Below are positions 56,821 through 64,000 of a DNA stretch of 64,000 bases, in pieces. The DNA comes from an uncultured Acidobacteriaceae bacterium (lineage in GTDB: Bacteria > Acidobacteriota > Terriglobia > Terriglobales > Acidobacteriaceae). Every line of letters begins with the position of its first letter. The first letter of the stretch is position 1. The position numbers were made by a program, and so were the translations under genes. Where the stretch lies: the NCBI GenBank assembly GCA_963745685.1, contig CAVUYH010000012.1:82808-146807 (forward strand), given 5' to 3'. Under the pieces are notes generated by a model that ran no database searches, had not been told where the DNA came from, and saw only the letters and a list, made by a program, of their open reading frames with translations.

Positions 56821-58128
56821 GTGTCGAAAGTCAAAGGTGCGGCATCACTGCAGGAGCATTCGAACGCGTTTGTGCCGGGTTCATCGGCGCGACGCCCTCT
56901 GCGCATTGCGCTCTTCGGTTTTGGAACGGTAGGCAGCTCGGTTGCGCGCATCCTGTCGGAGTCAAAGCCCGACGTTTTGAAGCTGACCTACATCTTCAAT
57001 CGCAGCGTGGCGCGCAAGCGTGTGGAGTGGGTTCCCTCCGACGTGGTGTGGACCGAAGATGCGGAGGCCGTGCTCAATTCAGACGCCGACGTGATTGTGG
57101 AGCTTGTAGGCGGGCTCGATCCGGCTGGAGGCTGGGTTCGTCGCGCCCTGGATGCGGGCAAGAGCGTGATTACGGCGAACAAGAAGCTGATCGCATTTCA
57201 TGGCATTGAACTCGAGCGGCTGGCCGCAGCGAAAGGCGGGCATCTGAAATATGGCGCTGCCGTCGCCGGGGGCATTCCCGTGATTCCGGGACTTGAGCAG
57301 GGTCTTGCAGGCGATCGGATCGAACGCATCGAAGGCATTCTGAACGGCACCTGCAACTTCATCCTGAGCAAGATGGATGAGGGCGCCGAGTACGCAGCGG
57401 TGCTGGCCGAGGCGCAGGCCAAGGGTTACGCGGAAGCTGATCCGACGGAAGACGTTGGTGGATACGATGCGCGCGCGAAACTGGCAATCCTGATGCGGCT
57501 GGCGTTGCGCGTGGTGGTAGATCCGGAAGAGATCAAGCCGCAGGCCATCACTTCGGTTTCGGCGGTGGACTTCAGTTATGCGCGCGACCTGGGATGTACC
57601 ATCCGCCAGATTGCGCGTGCGCACAGAACCAACGGCAGCCTGGCGGCCACGGTGGCGCCTATGCTGGTGGATCTGCGCTCGCCGCTGGCCTGGTCGCGCG
57701 GAACTGAAAACATGGTTGTGTTTACCGGCCATTACGGCGGCGACGTTGTCTTCTCTGGCCACGGCGCGGGTGGCCATCCCACGGCGGTGGCGGTGGTAAG
57801 CGATCTGCTCGCACTCGCCCATGATTCCCGCCGCGTTGAAATTCCTTCGGTACCGGCTCGGCTGGGAGCTGAATTTGAGGTTCCGCACTACATCCGGTTT
57901 ACGGTCAACGACCGCCCCGGCATTGTGGCTGAGATTACAGGAGCGCTGGCCCGCGAGCGGATCAACATTCGCGCCATCGTGCAAAAGCCGGGTTATCCGG
58001 CGCACGCGCTGCCGTTCGTGGTCACGGTGGAACCGTGCAAGTCTTCGGCAATGGAGCGCGCCCTTGGAGTGATAGGCAAAATGGATTGCCACATTTCAGA
58101 ACCGCTCGACCTGCAGATGCTGGAATAG
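56821..58128 (+). CDS. hom: Homoserine dehydrogenase with ACT domain
   Basis: GFGTVG, TANKK, AAVAGGIP, GILNGTCNFIL, GYAEADP and DRPGIVAEI motifs. Confidence 0.94.
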   Translation: MSKVKGAASLQEHSNAFVPGSSARRPLRIALFGFGTVGSSVARILSESKPDVLKLTYIFNRSVARKRVEWVPSDVVWTEDAEAVLNSDADVIVELVGGLDPAGGWVRRALDAGKSVITANKKLIAFHGIELERLAAAKGGHLKYGAAVAGGIPVIPGLEQGLAGDRIERIEGILNGTCNFILSKMDEGAEYAAVLAEAQAKGYAEADPTEDVGGYDARAKLAILMRLALRVVVDPEEIKPQAITSVSAVDFSYARDLGCTIRQIARAHRTNGSLAATVAPMLVDLRSPLAWSRGTENMVVFTGHYGGDVVFSGHGAGGHPTAVAVVSDLLALAHDSRRVEIPSVPARLGAEFEVPHYIRFTVNDRPGIVAEITGALARERINIRAIVQKPGYPAHALPFVVTVEPCKSSAMERALGVIGKMDCHISEPLDLQMLE

Positions 58129-58198
58129 AATCGAGCAAGGCAGCCGAAAGATTCCGCGGCTGGCCAATAGAGGATTTCCCGAACTTCGAGGTCGCACT

Positions 58199-58405
58199 GT
58201 GATTGGAACTGAATATCGATGTGAAATCTGTGGCGAGGATAGCGATAATCCCATTCGCTGGATCGTAATCCGCTGCGACAGCAGCCAACTGACTATCTAC
58301 AAATGGACGAAAGAGGCTGCCGATGCACCGGGCGCACGGCATTACTGTGGCGAAGCTCACGCGCAGGTCTACGTGAGCCGCTGGCTTGAGGCTGCCTGTT
58401 CCTGA
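58199..58405 (+). CDS. Small putative Zn-binding protein
   Basis: CEIC...HYCGEAH in 68 aa; GTG after GAGG. Confidence 0.7.
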   Translation: MIGTEYRCEICGEDSDNPIRWIVIRCDSSQLTIYKWTKEAADAPGARHYCGEAHAQVYVSRWLEAACS

Positions 58406-58414
58406 AGTTCCGAA

Positions 58415-59494
58415 CTAACCGCGGGGTATAAACGGGGCAGCCCCGGTAGATTCGCGAACCACAAGTTCGGGCGTCATCACGATCTCAGCAGGGAACACCT
58501 TTTCGCGATCCGCAATGCGCTGCAGCAGCACCTGCGCTCCGCGCCTGCCCATCTCGCTGAGCGGCTGGCGTATCGTGGTGAGCGCCGGCATGGCGTACGC
58601 GGCAGACTGAATATCGTCAAAGCCAATCACTGAAACATTCGTCGGCACTCGCAGGCCAACGTCGTTCAGGGCGCGGATGGCGCCAATCGCCGCAATGTCG
58701 TTGAAGCAGAAGACGGCCGTGAAGTCGGTGGTCTTCTTCAATAGCGCTTTCATCGGCCTGTAGCCGATCTCCGGCGCCATGGGGTGATAGCCCGTCTTCA
58801 TTGACCAACTGTCTGAGTCGATGCGGATGATCAGCGAGGGGTCCAGCCGGATGCCGTACTCATGGGCAACCTGCTGAATGCTCTCCCACCGATATTCAGA
58901 GTCGGGAATCGCGCGCGGGCCGCGCATGATCGCGATCTTCCTGTGCCCAAGCTCGTACAAGTGACTCAACGCGAGCTTCGCTGCCTGGTAGTGATCCAGG
59001 ACGATGTTGGTCACGTTTTCATTGGCGATATGCGCCGAAATGGCCACCACCGGAATCGGCACGGCTATCTTATCGGCCTTGGTGTTCAAGAGCAGGAAGC
59101 CATCGACAGAGCGCTCCACCAGCATTCCGGGATATTTCTCAATCAACTCGTTTTTCCAGTCGTGGCAGGCGGTGAAGTAAAAGTAATGAGCAGCCGAGAG
59201 CTCTTCAACCACGCCGCTCATCACGCGCGTGAAGTAGCCTTCGCTCAGGTCCGGCGCCAGCACGCCCACGCTCATTGAGCGGCTTTGCCGCAGCGAGCGC
59301 GCAAAGTAATTGGGGCGATAATCAAAGCGCGCTGCCGCGTCGTGCACGCGCTTTCGTGTCTCCGGCGGGATCGACTTTGCCGACGGGGAATTGTTCAGCA
59401 CAAGCGAGACTGTAGTTTGCGAAAGTTGCAGATGCTCAGCGAGCATCCTCAGATTCATATGCCCGGTCTGTCCAGACTTCTTGCTCTTGACCAT
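58415..59494 (-). CDS. LacI family transcriptional regulator
   Basis: HTH LAEHLQLSQTTVSLVLN, YRPNYFARSL, FCFNDIAAIG, GFDDI and LTTIRQP motifs; ATG at 59494 (or 59458). Confidence 0.93.
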   Translation of the reverse strand: MVKSKKSGQTGHMNLRMLAEHLQLSQTTVSLVLNNSPSAKSIPPETRKRVHDAAARFDYRPNYFARSLRQSRSMSVGVLAPDLSEGYFTRVMSGVVEELSAAHYFYFTACHDWKNELIEKYPGMLVERSVDGFLLLNTKADKIAVPIPVVAISAHIANENVTNIVLDHYQAAKLALSHLYELGHRKIAIMRGPRAIPDSEYRWESIQQVAHEYGIRLDPSLIIRIDSDSWSMKTGYHPMAPEIGYRPMKALLKKTTDFTAVFCFNDIAAIGAIRALNDVGLRVPTNVSVIGFDDIQSAAYAMPALTTIRQPLSEMGRRGAQVLLQRIADREKVFPAEIVMTPELVVRESTGAAPFIPRG

Positions 59495-59527
59495 GCTTGG
59501 AGTTTTAACACTTCTTGTTCGAAGTCG

Positions 59528-59537
59528 TAAACGTTTA
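59528..59537. promoter_or_regulatory. LacI-type operator candidate TAAACGTTTA
   Basis: Perfect 10-bp palindrome with the central CG typical of LacI sites, just upstream of the LacI gene. Confidence 0.5.
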
Positions 59538-59609
59538 TTCATCGCGAGTACATCGATTTGGCGTCAGATTGTGGTAAGCCGCCGCTCCTATGTGTGCGAC
59601 GTGGCCTCG

Positions 59610-62039
59610 CTAGCGCGTTTCAATTATGTTTTCGCCCGGCTTGAGCGGCCACGTCTTACCTTCGAATTCAAAGCTGCCTGTCAGCTTGTCTGGTAGTAAG
59701 ACGGTCGCTCTAAGTCCAGCGTTCATACGAGTGAACTGCACTCGTATCATTCCGTTGGGATGAGGAAAGGTTGCCGTGAGCGAGGGTAGAGAGCCGAGAT
59801 GAGGGGCAACGCGCACAGTCGCAAACCCCGGGCTGGCCGGCTCAATGCCTGCTACCACTGAAAGCAGATCGTAGATGGGGTGCGAAGTCCATGCATGCGA
59901 ATCGGAACGCGAGTCGCCTGGGATCTCCGGCCAGGTGCTGAAGTGCAGCGGGAGCAACTTGCGCCATGGAGCAATCGAATCAAGATAGCTGTCGGCCATG
60001 CCGGTATGTTCCAGCGCGCGCGCCAGGTAGAAGCGGAAGTAGTATGACGCGCTCAACGTCCCGTTCGGGGTAGTGCCCGGCTCGATGGCCAGCACCTTTT
60101 GCATAACCTCTCTCTGATGCTCCTTCGGAACCACATCGAACAGCACGCCAAGGATGTTGGCTTGCTGGCTGAAATAACTGCGCTCGGGAGTATCGGCCAG
60201 CATGCCGCGTTCGGCGTTCCAGCACTGGCTATAGAGACCAGACCGCACATGCGCAGCGCGCGCCTGGTAACGAGCGGCCAACTGCGGATCGCCAAGCCCT
60301 GCTTCAAGCGCTGCTTCATCTTCAAGCGCGCCGAGATACTGGAGCGTCGTCATGCACGACTCGCCTTTTGAGTCGTAGGTGGGAATCGTTCCCGATGGAA
60401 CCCAGTCAATGAAGCTCCACCACGGCAGCTGTTTCAGCAAACCGTCGGGCTGTTCATAGTGGGCGAACCAATCGAGTACGGAGCGTGTGCCTGGCAGAAG
60501 CTGTCGCGCCGGTTCGGGGTCGGGGCGGTACATCCAATAATCGCGAACCATGCCGATCCACAGCAGCGAAAAGGTCGGAATCGTCTGCGGCAGCGAACTT
60601 GGATAGCGGCTGCGCGTAATACCGTCAGGAAACCGTGAGTCGTCGAACGCTGCAAGAGCCTGCCGCGCCAGCCGGTCGTCACCGGCCACTGCATAGGAGA
60701 TGAGCGCCTGAATGCGGGTGTCGCCGATGTACTGCAGTTGCTCGTAGTACGGCGTGTCCATGTAGGTTTCGTGCGCGTCGAGGCGCGCTGTGCGCCAGCT
60801 AATGTCCCAGATCTGCTTCAGCTCCGTGTCGGGCGATTCGAAGGTTGCGCGCTCTTGGAAGGGATAGGCCGTGAACGCAGCTTTCAGCGATTCAAGCGTG
60901 AGCGGATCGTCCGCGGTCTGAATGTCGAGATCGAGATAACGCCACGTGCGCCACCACAGCGGCTCGAATGTGCGGTGCGCACCACCATCAGGCAGAAAGC
61001 TGTCTCTCAAGCCCAAAGCCACGCGATCGCCCACATCGTTGCGGTCCCCTTTGTGCCGCTGCTTGTCGTAGAGGCCCTCGGAGTAGGTAAGCCAGATCTT
61101 CGCGCCCTTGCCGCCGGAGAGTGTCAGTGCTGGATAGGCAGTTGTGAGCATCTGGCGATCCAGCATGAGATGAGTATGACTGTGCGCGGCAATCTTCTTG
61201 CCGGCGATCTCCGGTGACGGCGCCTCGTCTGCACGGCCGAAGTGCTTCACGCCCTCCACGGAATCCATCCGAACCAGCGCTCCGGCATTCGTAGGCGAAT
61301 ACTCCATGGGCGGCAGCGTATCCGGAATGAGGTCCCAGGCATTGTTGCCGGTTTTGGAGCTGGAGTGAGCGCGGCTATTATCTGCGTCCATGGCATCGCG
61401 CATCGGTGTTCCCACCGCGACCCAGTTTGAGCTTGCCGCCGGCTCGGACTGCCAGTTCCAGTCGTACCGCGCTGCGTCAATCTGCTCGCCGGGGCCTGAG
61501 GCAAAATACGTTCTCAGGTTCACCGAGCTGCGATCGAGCCCCGTATGTCCCGGCTCGATTTCCACTTGCCACCCCTCGGGCGTGCTGATTCCTGCCGCAC
61601 CCGTAGCTTCGCTCTCCAGCAGGAAGGCGGTGCGGTCGCTCATTTGGGAAACGGGCGCAAAGATGCCCCAGTTCCAGACGGTCGCGGTGATTGAGTTTTG
61701 CCCCGCATGCAGCAGCGGAGCCAGGTCGAACCGTTCGTAGCGCCAGTGCGCCAGGTCGCCGCGTGCGGGCCCGTCGCCCACTCGCTGCCCGTTCACATAG
61801 AGAATAAAGCGGTTATCGGCGCTTACCCGCACTAGATAGCTGGCCGGCGCCGAGGGCAGGGAAAACGCCCGCCTGAAATGCAGCACGATGGGCTCGCGCA
61901 GCGGCGCCGTGGGGTGAGTGACCCACGAAGCGTACCACTCGCGCTGCGGCTGGTCCGGCGGAGGGGCGTTCTGGGCTCGAGTTGCAAAGCTGAAAGCGAT
62001 GGACAGGGCGACGATGGTGACACTAATCTTGTTGCGCAT
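59610..62039 (-). CDS. Alpha-L-rhamnosidase family protein (GH78)
   Basis: Signal peptide; SADNRFILYVNG, ETYMDTPYYEQLQYIGD, TTLQYL and SDSHAW motifs. Confidence 0.85.
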   Translation of the reverse strand: MRNKISVTIVALSIAFSFATRAQNAPPPDQPQREWYASWVTHPTAPLREPIVLHFRRAFSLPSAPASYLVRVSADNRFILYVNGQRVGDGPARGDLAHWRYERFDLAPLLHAGQNSITATVWNWGIFAPVSQMSDRTAFLLESEATGAAGISTPEGWQVEIEPGHTGLDRSSVNLRTYFASGPGEQIDAARYDWNWQSEPAASSNWVAVGTPMRDAMDADNSRAHSSSKTGNNAWDLIPDTLPPMEYSPTNAGALVRMDSVEGVKHFGRADEAPSPEIAGKKIAAHSHTHLMLDRQMLTTAYPALTLSGGKGAKIWLTYSEGLYDKQRHKGDRNDVGDRVALGLRDSFLPDGGAHRTFEPLWWRTWRYLDLDIQTADDPLTLESLKAAFTAYPFQERATFESPDTELKQIWDISWRTARLDAHETYMDTPYYEQLQYIGDTRIQALISYAVAGDDRLARQALAAFDDSRFPDGITRSRYPSSLPQTIPTFSLLWIGMVRDYWMYRPDPEPARQLLPGTRSVLDWFAHYEQPDGLLKQLPWWSFIDWVPSGTIPTYDSKGESCMTTLQYLGALEDEAALEAGLGDPQLAARYQARAAHVRSGLYSQCWNAERGMLADTPERSYFSQQANILGVLFDVVPKEHQREVMQKVLAIEPGTTPNGTLSASYYFRFYLARALEHTGMADSYLDSIAPWRKLLPLHFSTWPEIPGDSRSDSHAWTSHPIYDLLSVVAGIEPASPGFATVRVAPHLGSLPSLTATFPHPNGMIRVQFTRMNAGLRATVLLPDKLTGSFEFEGKTWPLKPGENIIETR

Positions 62040-62162
62040 TATGGCGGACTTCCGTTCCAGCTCAACAGCTTACCGGAAACGGCTGCTGATACTCGGATTC
62101 TTTTGCCGCGCGGAACCATTGACTGAGGCTGTTTGTGGATTTTTCCTGTTCTATGCACTGCA

Positions 62163-62191
62163 TTTAGCAGTTCTGTAACCTGCTGTTCACA
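62163..62191 (+). promoter_or_regulatory. Possible Pho-box-like 11-bp periodic repeats upstream of pstC
   Basis: TTTAGCA (62163), TGTAACC (62174) and GTTCACA (62185) at exact 11-bp spacing. Confidence 0.35.
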
Positions 62192-62241
62192 TTTGGTCTT
62201 TAGCCTTAATTTTGGTGAACGCCAACGTGCCGGAAATCCGT

Positions 62242-63306
62242 ATGTCCCGAGTTCAACTGCAGCCGGAGCCGAACGAGCCGGGAGGCCGGTTGCCGACCGA
62301 GGCGCCCGCCACTGCGGAATCGGCGCAGCGGCGTTTTCTGCTGTCACGTGGCAATTCCGTCAATGCAGATCGGGTTTTTTCGTGGTTGATGCTCCTTTGC
62401 GGGCTTAGCATCTTTGTCATCGTTGCTCTCATCGCTTTTGAGCTGGTGGTCCGGTCGCAGTTGACCTGGCAGAAATTCGGGCTTGGCTTCTTCTATCGTT
62501 CGTTTACTGACCCTGACACGCATGTGACCACCTTCTGGGACCCGGTTAACCAGCTCTTCGGCGCCCGGCCTTTCGTGTACGGCACGCTCGTGACTTCCTT
62601 CGTGGCGCTGGTGCTGGCAGTTCCGTTGGCTATAGGCCTCGCGGTGTTCCTTACAGAAATGTGCCCGCGCGTTCTCCGCAGTCCGCTCGCCTTCCTCACG
62701 GAGCTGCTCGCTGCGATTCCCAGCGTGATCTACGGCCTGTGGGCCGTATTTGTGCTGGTGCCGATTTTGCGTGAGCATATCAACCCGCTTCTGATCAGCC
62801 TATTTGGCTGGACCAGCCTGTTCACAAATGACAACCCAACAGGGCTGGGTTTTATGTCCGCCGGCGTAATTCTGGCCATAATGATCCTGCCGATTATCTC
62901 TTCGCTCACGCGCGAGGTTATGACAGCCGTGCCGCACTCGCAGCGCGAAGCCGTTTTGGCACTGGGCGCAACGCGCTGGGAGATGATCCGCATGGGCGTG
63001 CTGCGTAACGCGCGCATCGGAATCGTCGGCGCTGTGATCCTGGGCCTGGGGCGCGCACTGGGCGAAACCATGGCCGTCGCCATGGTCATTGGCGCTACGC
63101 CGGAGATTCACAAATCATTGCTGTCCAACGGCAGCTCAATGGCCACCGTGATCGCCAACGAATACGCCGAGGCGGTCGGCGACATGCACTTGAGCGCGCT
63201 GACCGAAATCGGCCTGGCGCTCTTTATCGTGACCATCATTGTGAACTTCTTTGCACAGCTCTTGATCTGGGGCGTAACTCGGGGAACCCCCGCGCAGGCT
63301 CGCTAA
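62242..63306 (+). CDS. pstC: Phosphate ABC transporter permease PstC
   Basis: YGTLVTS, ELLAAIPSVIYGLW, LALGATRWE and ALGETMAV motifs. Confidence 0.95.
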   Translation: MSRVQLQPEPNEPGGRLPTEAPATAESAQRRFLLSRGNSVNADRVFSWLMLLCGLSIFVIVALIAFELVVRSQLTWQKFGLGFFYRSFTDPDTHVTTFWDPVNQLFGARPFVYGTLVTSFVALVLAVPLAIGLAVFLTEMCPRVLRSPLAFLTELLAAIPSVIYGLWAVFVLVPILREHINPLLISLFGWTSLFTNDNPTGLGFMSAGVILAIMILPIISSLTREVMTAVPHSQREAVLALGATRWEMIRMGVLRNARIGIVGAVILGLGRALGETMAVAMVIGATPEIHKSLLSNGSSMATVIANEYAEAVGDMHLSALTEIGLALFIVTIIVNFFAQLLIWGVTRGTPAQAR

Positions 63307-63333
63307 CGTGAATGGAAGGAAGCTGGGGACATA

Positions 63334-64000
63334 GTGGTGAGTAACGGCGGATTCAATTTCCGGGCGCAACTTCGGAACGTGACCGATCACACGGTCACGG
63401 CGCTTGCGATACTGGCAACGCTTATCGTTGTTGCTCCCCTGGTCGCGATCTTCGGTTATCTCGTCTACAAAGGAGCCAGTTCGCTTAACCTGGCCTTCTT
63501 TACGCAGGTCCCAAAGCCGGTGGGCGAGACCGGCGGCGGCATGGCAAACGCCATTCTCGGATCCGCAATCCTGCTAGGTATAGCCAGCGCAATCGGTATT
63601 CCCATCGGGATCGGCGGCGGCATTTTTCTTGCGGAGTTCGGGCGGGGCACCAAGCTGGCCAATGCCATTCGCTTTACGGCCGACGTGCTCAACGGCGTGC
63701 CATCCATCGTGATGGGGCTCGCGGCCTACTCTCTGATCGTGGTTCCCAAGATTCCATTCCTGCCGTTCACGGGACACTTTTCAGCAATGTCGGGCGGCGT
63801 GGCGCTGGGTTTCATGATGATCCCCACCGTGTGCCGAACCAGCGAAGAAATGCTGCTGATGGTGCCGAACTCCATCCGGGAAGCCGCACTCGGCCTCGGC
63901 GTACCCAACTGGCGCTCCGTGCTCTCCATCTCGGTCAAGACCGCATCCCCGGGCATCATCACCGGCTGCATGCTTGCCTTTGCGCGCGTTGCCGGAGAAA
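63334..64000 (+). CDS. pstA: Phosphate ABC transporter permease PstA (runs off the window; absent from the ORF track)
   Basis: Own frame-1 translation gives KPVGETGGGMANAILGS, DVLNGVPSIVMG, EAALGLG and AFARVAGE. Confidence 0.92.
   Translation, partial: MVSNGGFNFRAQLRNVTDHTVTALAILATLIVVAPLVAIFGYLVYKGASSLNLAFFTQVPKPVGETGGGMANAILGSAILLGIASAIGIPIGIGGGIFLAEFGRGTKLANAIRFTADVLNGVPSIVMGLAAYSLIVVPKIPFLPFTGHFSAMSGGVALGFMMIPTVCRTSEEMLLMVPNSIREAALGLGVPNWRSVLSISVKTASPGIITGCMLAFARVAGE

Overview
A GC-rich bacterial chromosome segment. The gene set, protein styles and intergenic palindromic repeats suggest an Acidobacteriota (Acidobacteriaceae-like) genome; that taxonomy is inferred, not searched. Most of the roughly 55 CDS are housekeeping or envelope genes: tsaC, tlyA, nadK, nadE, purC, cvpA, gpmI, eno, murA, mrp, hom, pstC/pstA, peptidases, glycoside hydrolases (GH5-like, GH31, GH78), a sigma54 two-component system and an orphan secretin. 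Accessory elements are an AbrB-Doc toxin-antitoxin pair and one IS110-family (IS1111-type) element. I found no tRNA, rRNA or CRISPR array. The most interesting signals are four. (1) A Cys/His/Met-rich upstream ORF ends in a RAPP ribosome-arrest motif, and the 10 nt right after RAPP are complementary to the RBS of the downstream TonB-dependent receptor, suggesting a metal-sensing translational switch. (2) The IS1111-type element has a 3' non-coding region that folds into two internal loops matching its own flanks and its circle junction, so its bridge/seek RNA guides can be read directly. (3) A dispersed family of tandem octamer arrays (GTTWRCRA-like, usually starting AAG(G)CAG) follows stop codons, and one copy sits in-frame inside an ABC-F gene. 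(4) There are several REP-like palindrome families, including an 81-bp tandem array, a nested insertion and matching composite clusters on both sides of murA. All pairings were read by eye; no folding or database search was run.
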